The notes below the pieces were generated by a model. The model worked only from the letters and a program-made list of their open reading frames with translations, made no database searches and was not told the origin of the DNA. Shown here piece after piece: positions 52,302 through 64,000 of a DNA stretch of 64,000 bases (its first letter is position 1; the number at the start of each line of letters is the position of its first letter). A program made the translations under genes and the position numbers. Source of the DNA: Eledone cirrhosa (lineage: Eukaryota); assembly GCA_964016885.1 (NCBI GenBank), contig CAXHJY010001609.1, positions 186,001 to 250,000 on the forward strand. The letters run 5' to 3'.

Positions 52302-55300
52302 ATCATCATCATTTAACGTCCATCTTCCATGTCTGCATGGGTTTGGACGGGAGCTTTCCCACTTGTTTTTACTGTGTTGCCTATATGGCCACATTACAGC
52401 GTGGACTGTGTGTTTTTTTGTCGTGACACCTACACGATCTCATTTGTTTCGGCCTGGATGTTGTGGCACCAACATAACTTTACATTGAAAGGGGCGGTGC
52501 AGATGGGGTGGGGGTGTTTTGTTAGAGATGCCTACTGACTGTAGTAGGTTTTACTTTGTATTCAGGTAAGGCGGGTTTTCTCTATTACTGAGTACCGCCA
52601 AAGATCTCGGTCCAGTGACATTGTCTTGGAGAGGTGTAAGTGTGTGAGGTCGGAATTTATCAGGTCGTCCCAGGTTTTTCTGGGTCTGCCTACTCCGTGG
52701 CTACCGTCTATCTTTATTGCCCTGCACTTTTTTATACAGCTGTCGTCTTTCATGCGCATCACGTGACCAACGTAGCCTTCTCTCGACTAAACAACATCTG
52801 ATCCCTCTTATTTCTAATTTTCCCATTAGTTTGTTTATGCTTTGCCGTTCGCGTATATTATTATTACACATCCAGTGGAGCATGCAAGCTTCGTTCCTCT
52901 CTAGTCTGCGTATATCCTCTGCACACAATGCCCAGGTCTCACTGCCATGCAACATTTATGTTCGTATGCAGGCATCATACAGCCTACCTTTCATTTTTAA
53001 GGAGAACCCTTTAGCGGCTAATAGTGGTATAAGCTCTCTGAACTTTTTCCATCCAGTTCTGACTCTAGCTACTGTACTTTCAGAGCACCCTCCCCCACTG
53101 CTGATTTTGTCACCCAGGTAACGGAAGCTGTCCACTATTTCTATAGAACCCTCTGTGCAATTGAAAGAGCTAGTATTTTGTGGGCACTTGCTGCTACTTA
53201 TTGCACCAGAGCACCGGCCACATGTAAAATCTATGTTCTTAGTTAGCTTACCTGTGATTCCACTATATCTTTTATGCACCCATACTTTGCATTTGGGACA
53301 TAATATGGAGTTTCTACCTACACCTTTCCTACACACTGAGCATGGCCATTTCCCGGAAGGGACCGGCGCCTTATTTTCTTTCCTACAAACTAGAACTTTA
53401 GTCTTAGCCAGGTTAATTTTAAGGCCTTTTGATTCTAGGCCGTGCTTCCATGTTTGGAATTTCTTCTCTAGCTCGGCCATTGATTCAGCTATGAGCGTTA
53501 GATCATCTGCATATAGGAGTTCCCATGGGCAGCCGGTCTTGAACTCCACTGTTATAGCCTGTAGGGCAATAATAAATAGTAGGGGGCTAAGAACAGAGCC
53601 CTGATGAACACCAACTTTTACGCTAAACTCTTCACTATATTCGTTGTTAATTCTAACCTTGCTGACTGTTTCTTTATACATGGCTTGTATAGCTCTCACA
53701 AGCCATTCATCAACACCTAGTTTTCTAAGAGCCCACCAGATAATGGAACGGGGGACTCTGTCGAAGGCTTTCTCCAAGTCGACAGAAGCTAAGTATAGAG
53801 GTTTACTTTTAGCTAGGTACTTCTGTAGTTGTCGTACAATGAAAAGAGCGTCTGTGGTACTTTTGCCTGACACAAACCCGAACTACATTTCATCTAGATC
53901 AATTCTCTCTCTGATTAGTTGCACTATTACTTTTTCTGTTACCTTCATGACCTGGTCGATTAATTTAATGCCTCTATAGTTACTCCTATCTAGGGCGTCT
54001 CCTTTACCCTTGTAACAGTTAATGATGATGCTGCTGCCCCATTCTGTATGACTTGGTTTACTATCCGGGTGACCATGGTGTGTCCCACCGTTCCAGAGGC
54101 CTTCAGCATCTCAGCAACTATTTCCGAAGGCCTTACCTGTCTTCATATCTTTGATTGCCTTACTTATTATACTACCTTCAACTAACACTGCTGGTCCCTC
54201 TATTGGATCGATCTGGGGGAGACTATCCTTCTCCCATTTATTCTCCTCATTTAATAGCCTCTCGTAGTGACACTTCCAAGCTACCTTCTTATCAGCGTCA
54301 GTGATGGCGAGTACGCCATCATCATTTAGTACACACTTCTCCCCAACAATATCACGGTTTTCCTTGACACATTGCCTAGCAATCCTGAACACCTCACGTG
54401 TTTGGTCCTTGCATTGTAGAACATGCTTGAACTCTCTTTCCTCTGCTTCCCTTCTTGCGAAGTACACTTGTCTCCTAGCTTCCCTCCTGGCCACTTGATA
54501 GTCTTCTCTACTTTCCCCATCCCGCCATACTTTCCAAGCCTGCTTTTTGGCCTTAATCGACTCCTCCACCTTACTGTTCCACCACCATGTTATTCTCCTC
54601 CTGTCTATAGGCCTGCTCCGGCCACAGACTTCGTCTGCCTCCATCAGCAGGTTTGCTTTCAGGAATTCCCACTGTACCTCTATATTGTACGACTCTAAAT
54701 GCTCTTCCTTACTGTCGAAAGCATCAAGTAATATGCTTTGAAATTTATTTCTGGCTGTGGGGTCCTTTAGCTTCCATATTTTTCTCCTGAGGATAGTCCT
54801 CTTCTGCTGTGTCGAGTACGTCTCGTCCTGACTATGAGGTCGCTAATTATCAGTCTATGTTGGGAGGTGCATTCTTCATGGGGGAGGGATTTAGTGTTTA
54901 CAACAGACACTCTGTCACGCCTTCTGGTAAGGATATAATCTACCTGGCTGGTATGTTCCCCTGATCTGTAGGTGATCAAGTGAGTGTTACAGATTGTTAG
55001 GTTATTTGCCCATTGTCATTTCCTACCCAGAAAAGCTTATAGCATCGTTTTTTACCCACAATGAATCTAGCAGACCCACCCCTCCCCCTGGTCTCTTGGA
55101 TACAGCAGACATCAACCTCCTTACGTTCAAGCATTTCTACAACCTCGTTTGAGCGGCCTTTTAAGGTCCCTACATTCATGGTACCAACTCTGAAGTTTTG
55201 GATTGCGTTTGGTGGGTGGGGTGCAGGGAGGGGTGAGGTGGATAGGGTTGGGGGTTATGTTGGCCATCCGCGGCTGCAACAAAGAGGGTGAGGCTTTGCC

Positions 55301-55450
55301 CTTTCGTCCGGCAGCATGAGGTGAATTTGTCGTTATCTTTTGCATTGTCTTCGGGTGTCCAGATTCTTCTGACTCTCCAGAAATTCCCTAGTTCATCCAT
55401 CATATCGAAAAAAGCAACCAGAAGTGCTAGCATAGGTCGTTTACTTGTGA
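52302..55450 (-). mobile_element. Near full-length but decayed RTE-clade LINE (APE + RT)
   Basis: APE motifs VGTMNVGTLKGR, VDVCCIQETR, SQVDYIL and SQHRLII (middle of the APE deleted near 55000), RT ORF 52956-53873, frameshifts, a 3' UTR with an internal deletion, and a CAT tail. The 5' boundary is uncertain. Confidence 0.93.
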
Positions 55451-55528
55451 TTGGTCCAAATAATAAGGTGGAGAGTGGGGGCGAGAGGGAGGGGTATGGG
55501 GTAGTTTGCGAGGAGCAGACTTATTTTT

Positions 55529-56050
55529 TTAGAACAACGGTGAGACAGAATTATAGAAAGACAATTATGAATACGATTTTTTAATTCTGGGGGATTGTAA
55601 GATATATAGATGAATGAACCGAATGTGGAGAGTTGAGAAGAAAATGAAATATGTACGTTACATTTCTTAGAAGACTAAACAAGCGACCATCAATAATAGT
55701 TGACAAATTCTGAGTTTAGTCCCCCGTAACAAGACTTATTTATATTTGGTTGGTAGAGAGTGAGGGGGAGTGAGAGAGCGGCGTATATGATAGTGAGAGG
55801 GTGAGAGGCGATTTCAGCAGGCCGAGAGAGAGAGAGGACAATCCCTAATTAAAGCTGGCATAATTTTTCGGCCAAAATGGTTGCGGGAATATTATTTAGA
55901 ACAACGTGGAGAAAGAATTATAGAAAGACAATTATGAATACGATTTTTTGATTCTGGGGGATTGTAAGATATATAGATGAATGAACCGAATGTGGAGAGT
56001 TGAGAAGAAAATGAAATATGTACGTTACATTTCTTAGAAGAAGACTAAAC
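55529..56050. repeat. ~155-bp direct repeat pair (55529-55680 and 55896-56050)
   Basis: TTAGAACAACG...GAATTATAGAAAGACAATTATGAATACG...CATTTCTTAGAAG(AAG)ACTAAAC occurs twice, nearly identical, separated by ~215 bp. Confidence 0.9.
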
Positions 56051-56511
56051 TAATGTAAATAATAAAGGGTTAAAACAGTTTTATATCTTATAACCAGGGT
56101 AGTTTGGTATCAAAAGGATTAAATAATATCTTTTGATAGTATAAAAAAAATATCAACACAATCAACAACTAAAGTAATGACTTTTAAGATGACAGAGTAG
56201 TATTTCAGAAACACCCGGCTGCAATTCCCTGCAGGTCAAGTTTACATATAGAGGTTTTTTCCATGACCCGTACTTCCATTTAATCTTTTCAATCTACACT
56301 AACAAAATCTTCTTACATTTCCACAAAACATATATATAGCCTCATACACATATGACATAACAATAACATATTCCTACCATTGTCCAGGCACTGTTGTACT
56401 TTAACCCTACTTGAATCACCTAGAAACTTGAGCTCTACAACAACAGTAGCAGTTGGAGACTAAACGGATCAGAGAAACCAATCTTGCTCATTACATTCCA
56501 TATTTGGCATT

Positions 56512-56590
56512 GATTCTACAGCTTAATGTTCTTCCTAACACCAACCACCTTACAGAGTGTGCTGGGTGTGTTTTACATAACACCATCCTT
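56512..56590 (-). mobile_element. Old RTE-tail-related SINE remnant
   Basis: TTCTACAGCTTAATGTTCTTCCTAACACCAACCACCTTACAGAGTGTGCTGGGTG resembles the RTE 3' UTR segment at 48656-48710. Confidence 0.6.
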
Positions 56591-57924
56591 ATCATATACA
56601 CACATAAATAGCTACAATATGAACATCCTCACTAGCCTCAAGTACTTGGATGCACACCACTCACAATAAGTACTGAAGGACAGCACTGCAAGGATTGTGG
56701 TACTTCCATATACTGTACTGGAAAAACCGCAATGGGGCCTCCTCTTTACTTAAGGCCCTAAGCATGTGCTTATTTTGCTTAATGGTTAATCCTTTACTGT
56801 GGCCACTATGAGAATGTGCCGGCATACAGAAATAGACTGTTCTGCTGAACCCTATAAGGTACAACACAGCAAGCCAGTTTGTACAGTTTGGTCCTCAGTT
56901 ATGCATATAAATGGTATAACTGATAAAATGAGTATCTGTGCTGTGCTGCATCATTCAACCATTTTCACAAACGTAATTCAAGACGCACTAAAGTGGAACA
57001 GACAAAATTCCTACCATTGATAGGTGTAATGCAAACATTAAAAATGTTGTATTGATAATTATATATATATATGTGTGTGTGTGTGTGCGCGCGCATACAC
57101 ATTTATACACAAGAGTTACAATGGAATTGGTCAGTGACCAGGTTACAAACTGAGAAGAAAATTTTGACACGAAGAAATAAATGAAAAGGGTTTTGTGTGT
57201 TTTGTTTTTATGGTTAAACATACTTCCACAATATTATTTTGATACACAAAAGACTTTTCCACGAACATATTGCTCGTGAGTTTGGTTATTGTTTAATCCC
57301 AGGTCAGTCCAAATTTAGTCGTTTCAACGGAGCCCATAACTTTTTTTCTACGCATAATGTAGGGCTAGAACATTACCCAATGTGTATTTACCTTTTTAAA
57401 AATATTAGCTTCTATTTTCAGCAGGTCGAGCGATCACATAACAGATGCCTCACTGAACATATAGAAAAGCAAACTAATCAATTAAGGAGTAAAAGTGTAA
57501 ATAACCGTGGGATTAGACATTGTTATTCTCTCATCTCTTTCTGGTCCCAAAGTTGAAAAGAATTTCTTCCCCGTTACACTTGGATGTGTGCCAAGAAAGA
57601 AAGACAAAAGCTAAATCATACGCGATATGTTTTACATAATGTTAACTAGATCACCAAGTCCTGTGTGTTATACCAAAGTCCAGCTGCTAAAAACTTTTAT
57701 AAGCTATTTTTTCCTTTCGAAATTTAAATAATCTTTATTAATAATAATTCTATCGTCAATCATTACAATTATGAGGTTGTGTTTTTTTTAGCCATATACT
57801 AACTTTGGTCGAACAGACCTCAAATGTATTTTGGTAAATTTTTAAGTTGATAGGTTTGTTGAAATTTTGAAGGTTGATTTTGTTTTTCCTATGATTTTTG
57901 ATGCGTTTCGAACTAATATGGCAT

Positions 57925-59125
57925 TCAAAACCGGCATACATTACTTGTTTTCTGTAGTTCTCCCACCAGAGAACTTCATTATACCTATCTCAAAACCGGC
58001 ATACATTACTTGTTTTCTGTAGTTCTCCCACCAGAGAACTTCATTATACCTATCTCAAAACCGGCATACATTACTCGTTTTCTGTAGTTCTCCCACCAGA
58101 GAACTTCATTATACCTATCTCAAAACCGGCATACATTACTCGTTTTCTGTAGTTCTCCCACCAGAGAACTTCATTATACCTATCTCAAAACCGGCATACA
58201 TTACTTGTTTTCTGTAGTTCTCCCACCAGAGAACTTCATTATACCTATCTCGGCGATATCCAATTTTAGCTGCATAAATGCTGCTTACTTGCTGCTGTTG
58301 CTGCTTACTTCAATGTATGAGGCTATTCCAACAAATTTACATTCCCCCTTTTTTTAGCCGTTAAAAGAAATATAGATTTATTTATTATTTTTTTTTTGCA
58401 ATTTATTTGCCACTGGGGCATAGATTTCTTTATTTGCCCCTTTTTTGTTTGTTTGTTTTTTTGCGATTTATTAGCCTTTTGGGGTCACACACACCCCCGT
58501 AGAAAGTGTGCGACCTTTCTGCCAGGGAGCACAGAGAGAGGGGGGTGCTCCCTTCTTCTCTTACCTGTGGGGATATGTCGCTGGCCAACAAATGGTCCTC
58601 TTCTTCCGATACCACTTCGAAAGAAGGATCAAGGTGGAGAAAAAGGCACTCAGTCCCAGCCAATTCCATGAAAGATGGGTGAAAGTAGCAATAATGGCCC
58701 GTCTAAGTGGGCCATCTCTCTATATCGGCTTGTACAGGTAAGAGAAGGGAGCACCCCCCTCTCTCTGTGCTCACTGGCAGAAAGGTCGCACACTTTCTAC
58801 GGGGGGGGGGGGGAGCCCAAAAGGCTAATAAATCGCAAAAAAAACAAACAAACAAACAAAAAAGGGGCAAATAAAGAAATCTATGCCCCAGTGGCAAATA
58901 AATCGCAAAAAAAAAAAAATAAATAAATCTATATTTCTTTTAACGGCTAAAAAAGGGGGGAATGTAAATTTGTTGGAATAGCCTCATACATTGAAGTAAG
59001 CAGCAACTGCAGCAAGTAAGCAGCATTTATACAGCTAAAATTGGATATCGCCCCTATCTCGAAACCGGCATACATTACTCGTTTTCTGTAGTTCTCCCAC
59101 CAGAGAACTTCATTATACCTATCTC
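57925..59125. repeat. 65-bp minisatellite, 6 units, interrupted after unit 5 by a transposon
   Basis: CCGGCATAC starts at 57931, 57996, 58061, 58126 and 58191, then resumes at ~59065. Each unit holds the hairpin AGTTCTC-ccacca-GAGAACT. Confidence 0.95.
58252..59052. mobile_element. Non-autonomous foldback DNA transposon (~317-bp TIRs, 8-bp TSD; Merlin- or Mutator-like)
   Basis: Begins GGCGATATCCAATTTTAGCTG and ends CAGCTAAAATTGGATATCGCC. Arms 58252-58568 and 58734-59052. TSD CCTATCTC at 58244-58251 and 59053-59060. Confidence 0.93.
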
Positions 59126-59930
59126 GATGAGTGTAATAAACATTTACCCCTTCTTTTTTGCGAGAAGTGCGTATCTATAAGATACGCAATGTATTCTTTC
59201 CGACAATAGAGATTTGACTGCTATTGTTAGCTGGTCGAGTGACCTTATAGAGAAGCCCCCTCACGCGGCGGGTTATTTTTATTCGTAAGCTTGCTATATA
59301 GGATTTTATTCACCAAATTACAGTTATACTAGAATTGAATCGAATCTAGTATATTACTAGTACTTGTTGTATCGATTTGTTCAACAAACGTAGAGAAGTG
59401 TTGAAATACAAAGTTGGACCCAGCAAGATTACAATCCACTGTTATCCTTATATATATTTTACTAGTATTACTAATAGTAATACTGGTAATTAGCCTGGAA
59501 TCTCTCTATTCCGATTTCTTTAAATTCTACTGGGATAGGTCTTATTTTTGTTTTTTCCAATACATAAAATAAAAGGAAATAACTAAAACGTAGTCTAAAT
59601 GAACACAATTACGCATGTATTTATTATTATTATTATAAAATCTAAATAAAATGTTAACACACAGTTATTAACAATTATAAATAGGTTAAGCCATGTTGTT
59701 TCAGTTAGTATTATTTTAAACAGTTCCAAGTGACATAGGTACCTTGTACGATAAGAGAATACATGACATTAATACATGTACAATAAAATAGTACTTCAGC
59801 AAAATAAAATATTAATATATACAGTTAGCATAGATAATAAATGGATAAATAATATAATATATAAACACGAACAAATTAACTCCTTGTTGACTTGTTTAAA
59901 TCGGAACGTGGTGACAACTAAAAAAGCTTG

Positions 59931-60116
59931 TAGTACCTTGCATGTGGCGGTGTTGTGCACTACGTTGTAAACACAGCCGCTGTAACGTCACAACTTTCTG
60001 CGTTCAATTATATTAGTTTTGTTTAGTACCTTGCATGTGGCGGTGTTGTGCACTACGTTGTAAACACAGCCGCTGTAACGTCACAACTTTCTGCGTTCTA
60101 TTATATTAGTTTTGTT
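59931..60116. repeat. 93-bp tandem duplication
   Basis: TAGTACCTTGCATGTGGCGG...TTATATTAGTTTTGTT starts at 59931 and 60024, nearly identical. Confidence 0.93.
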
Positions 60117-60492
60117 TGTTAATTTAATGTTTTTTATGAACCTCCTATTATTGTGTTTTTGAATGGGAGACGAAAGATAAATTTTTTGATATAACTTTTG
60201 GGTCATCTTGCTTAATTACATAGATAGATAAGAATAAAATGAATGATAATGGGAAATGTAAAAGATTTATGTGGCTTTCTTGAATAACCGAAACGAATAA
60301 GTTTCATTTTAACGAGCATACCTCTAAATTTATAACTACCTTCGTTCTATGATATAAAACTGTTCTATTTGAAAGTGTTTATATTTAAATGTAAGCCTTC
60401 TATCATAATTTTATGAAAAATAATTTTGTTATGTTTTATTAATGGAGAGTTAGTTATTTTATTGAACCCTTCAACATTCTTGATCATTTTAA

Positions 60493-60697
60493 CCCTTTAA
60501 CATTTAAATCAGCTGTATCTGGCCAGAATTCTCTCACCACTTTCTGTCAAACCAGCCGTAACTGGCTGCTCATACTGATGTTAAGGTATTGTTCTCAAAA
60601 TAAATTATATCAAAATCTCATTGATTCTATATTATGAGATAAAGCCTTTACCATGAAAATACAATAGTATATATAGAGTAACGTAAATGCTAAAGGG
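60493..60697. mobile_element. piggyBac-type MITE
   Basis: TTAA|CCCTTTAACATTTA ... TAAATGCTAAAGGG|TTAA: 14-bp TIRs (13/14 match), CCC...GGG ends and a TTAA target duplication. Confidence 0.8.
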
Positions 60698-61726
60698 TTA
60701 AAGAATAATTAAAACAGTTTATTCCATTAGAAATATGGTAACAAATGGGTTTTAAAAGGAAGATCACATTAGATAACATGGTTCAGAACAAAAAGCAGGG
60801 TGGTCATGGTTGAAATGCTTTTGATAGTAATTAATGCTGAAAAAGTGTGAAACTGAGATTAATCATCAACAAGAACAAAACTACCATTAACCCCCACCAT
60901 CACATCACATCACAAAGAACCATTTTAAGGTCATTATTATTTTTTTCTTGATAGGGCAGGGGTTAGCCTTGCAAGCCCCATGGCAAGCTTCATACTTATT
61001 GTAGGGCCCTTTTTGTGGAAATGATTTAATGCTGGATGCCTTTTCTGTCACCAAGCCTGTTAGTTGTCTCTTACAACATGTAGGGATACAATGTACCTTT
61101 TTGAAACCTGATATCAACATCAATAGTTCAATGGCTCATAGTATAGTTATAGCCACAATAACTAGCATCACTAACAAACTGTGGAGACTAAAATATGCCA
61201 GAACACTTGTAAAATACTCCAGAACACTTATAAAACACCTCAGAACACTATGAGTGAATGTTGTAGTGAGGAAAACAACAATGGCATTGATGTGTTGTTT
61301 TGATTGCTTAAACATCCACACTGCAAACGTTAGTAAATAGTTACAACAGGCCACATGCCCACTCATAAACCCATTCACACAACCACTTATCCACCCTATC
61401 ATACACTTAGATACTTGAGAGACATTTCAAGTGACCTTAATTACAGTGTCAGCAATAATATCACTGCCCCTAACATCCACCACCAATTACCATCAATGTC
61501 ACCTTCAGTATCACCAGATCATCATTCTCATAACAACATATTTACTAACTCAAAACAAATTGCAGAGCTTCAAAACAATGTTCTATAAAATATGTAATGC
61601 TGTTTATACACACACATATATATAGGTTCATTCACGTCCATGCCACACACACATGTACGTACACATATCCTTAAAACTTATATTCACATGCACACCTCCA
61701 TACTACATCCATGCGTATGTACAATC

Positions 61727-62740
61727 AATCATCATCATCATTTTACATCCACTGTTCCACACTTGCATGGGTTGGACAGGTCCTTCTCAGTTCAGCAGCT
61801 TTCCACTTGTGTTCCTTCATGAGCTTCAGTGATTTGAGATCAACTCTCACCACTTCCATCTATGTCTTGCGTGGTCTTCCTCTACTGCAGCTTCCTTCCA
61901 CTGGGATTGGTTGGCCCTTCTTCACCTGGTGACCATCATCTGTGCACATCACATATCCAAACTAAGACAGTCACCTCTCTTGCACACTACATTTGATTCC
62001 TCTTCCATCCAGTTTCTTTCTCAGTTCATCCAGGCTTTGTCATTCTCACACATTAACATTGCACATCCATCAAAGCATGCTTGCATAATTTTTTTCTAGT
62101 CTTCGCATGTCCTCTACATTCACTGCCCGTGTCTCACTACCATGCAGCAGTTCTCTAAACTTCTTCCATTCTGTCCTTATTCTAGCTACTAAGCTCTCCG
62201 AACACCCTCCTCCACTGCTAATTATATTGCCTAGGTAGCAAAAGCTATCAACCACTTCCTGGGATTGGAAAAGGTTTATAGTATTTATTACATTATTATT
62301 ATTGGCAATCTTAGTCTCAATTGTCCTTGAACATCTACTACATACAAAGTCTTCCTTTCCTGTTATCCTACTGTGGGGGCTAGGGAACCAGAAGTGTAGG
62401 GACAGTCATGCTGGAAGTGAAGAGCTAGTGACCATACATCGGAAGTGCAGCTAGGTCTCTCTCTTGGTCTATGTGCCACGGCAGAGTGTGGACGTTTTGT
62501 CATGACTGATGCGAATGAGTGTGTGAGTTTTGCTATGTTCTCTGGTCAGACATAAAACAGGTGAGCATCACATAGAGAGATTCGGTCTGGACATGAGTGG
62601 AGATGCAAAGGTAGGCCCCTTTGCTTCTTACAGCACCTACTAAACCTCTTGTGTACTCAAGATTTACATTGTGTGCCTACTCCTTTTCTAGATATTGAGC
62701 AAGGCCACTTCCCTGATGAGATTGGTCTCCCTTTTTGAGA
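61727..62740 (-). mobile_element. Old 5'-truncated RTE-clade LINE interrupted by a solo LTR
   Basis: CAT tail and decayed translations VDSFCYLGNIISSGGGCSESLVARIRT, VHKRFSRITGK and SGKWPCSISRKGVGTQCK. Confidence 0.88.
62372..62635. mobile_element. Solo LTR (264 bp)
   Basis: TG...CA termini with 5-bp TSD CCTAC (62367-62371 and 62636-62640). Removing it restores the RTE reading VHKRFSRITGK. Confidence 0.8.
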
Positions 62741-63228
62741 CCCTTTTCCAAAAAAATGTCTAGTTAATAAAAATAATGTGGAGCTGGTAAGATGAGACTT
62801 AAGTTGAAGAGAGATTACAGACAGTAAAACATGAGTTTTTAAGTCATCTTCCTTGCTAAAGAAAGGGGTTATCCTTGCTGGTCCTATGGTAGTAGGGCCA
62901 GACATTCACCTGCTGAGGCTTTAAGTTTAAGCTATATGAAATTTGAGAACCCTTTTCCAAAAAAATTTGGGTAAACATTTTTTTAAATAATTATACATGA
63001 TTATTAGAGTTATGACCCCTTTACAGTCTGAGTTGAAATCCCACCTTGTATCTGTATTATTTTTGACCGTTGGTCAGTCAATGGCAACATTGAGGAACGA
63101 ATGAATTAGATTACCGATATAGAAGACACAGAAGCGAAAAGCGAAAACCAACCAAACAGTGAGTGCGTTCTGTTATTAATTCTGGCAATATTACACAAAT
63201 ATGACCCTCTCCAAGTATAACAATATAA

Positions 63229-63283
<55 letters not shown>

Positions 63284-63628
63284 CGATATTAATAAATGGA
63301 AACTATATTTATAAAACCATATTTATTTCCTTATACATATTTCAGGGATACCACATTAAATTATGGTATGCCTTCATCAGACAAAATACAATATATAACA
63401 GTTTTACAAATAGCTTTGACGTACCCTTTTAAAATACAACCATTACTTTTGGAGGCTGTCTGGATAGTGATTTGTTTATATAATAAGTCATAGTGTTAAG
63501 CACAATTAGAAAACGACGTAGAGAAAGAAAACGAAAAAAGACGGAGAGAGAGAAAAGAACAAAGACGGAGAGAGGGAAAGAAAACCTGGAGAAATATATT
63601 TATATATATATATTTATATATATATATA

Positions 63629-64000
63629 TCATCATCATCATCAACGTTTAACGTCCGTGTTCCACGGTGGCATGGGTTTGGACGGGGGTTTTCCCACTTG
63701 AGGCAAGAGTGATTGTCTTGCTCGCATAGGACTGTCTGGCAGGTTTTCTACAGTTGGATGCCCTTCCTAACACCAACCACATTTACAGTGCGGGTCTGGG
63801 AGGTTTTTACCGTGTTGCCTACACAGCCACATTACAGCGTGGACTGTGTGTTTTTCTGTCGTGACACCTACACGATCTCATTTGTTTCGGCCTGGATGGT
63901 GTGGCACCAACATAACTTTACATAGAAGGGGGCGGTGTGGATGGGGTGGGAGTGGTGGGACGGGGGTGTATTTTGTTAGAGATGCCTACTGACTGTAGTA
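63629..64000 (-). mobile_element. 3' end of another RTE LINE copy (continues past the window)
   Basis: (CAT)n tail and 3' UTR nearly identical to 48536-48910. Confidence 0.93.

Noticed and set aside
49115-54741. Plus-strand ORFs of 60-150 aa
   Set aside because: They are antisense shadows of the RTE ORFs.
57925-58251. CRISPR-like hairpin repeats
   Set aside because: Whole 65-bp units are near-identical, with no variable spacers.
59169-59189. Perfect hairpin TGCGTATCT-ATA-AGATACGCA as a terminator or Helitron end
   Set aside because: Isolated, with no CTRR end at the expected distance and no associated element.
62735-62966. ~20-bp direct repeat (CCCTTTTCCAAAAAAAT) as the TSD of an insertion
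   Set aside because: The repeat is real, but the enclosed ~190 bp has no element hallmarks I can identify.
63109-63165. Possible small exon (ITDIEDTEAKSENQPN|GTGAGT)
   Set aside because: Weak acceptor, no recognisable homology and no supporting neighbouring exons.

Overview
Eukaryotic, AT-rich, repeat-dominated DNA with no convincing host gene. The SINE/RTE repertoire looks cephalopod (octopus-like); this is inference from recalled repeat families. Bases 1 to ~41025 are one tandem array of a 31-bp satellite (consensus ACCTACATTGTGTACATTGTATAGAGTTTAT, with an ACC/GTC dimorphism) showing kilobase-scale higher-order duplications. The remaining ~23 kb is a nest of RTE-clade LINE copies (one with an uninterrupted ~650-aa RT-containing ORF), tRNA-derived SINEs, minisatellites, a long-TIR foldback DNA transposon with an 8-bp TSD, a piggyBac-type MITE, a solo LTR and Penelope-like fragments carrying hammerhead-ribozyme motifs. 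Main observation: the satellite appears to be an amplified piece of an RTE LINE ORF. On the minus strand the flanking RTE fragment reads in frame straight into the terminal monomer (GKWPCSIFRKEVSINSTECTQCR versus GKWPCSVCRKGVGRNSILCPKCK in a better-preserved copy). Second: a ~300-bp palindrome encodes a type I hammerhead on each strand, within a cluster of four hammerhead-like motifs.
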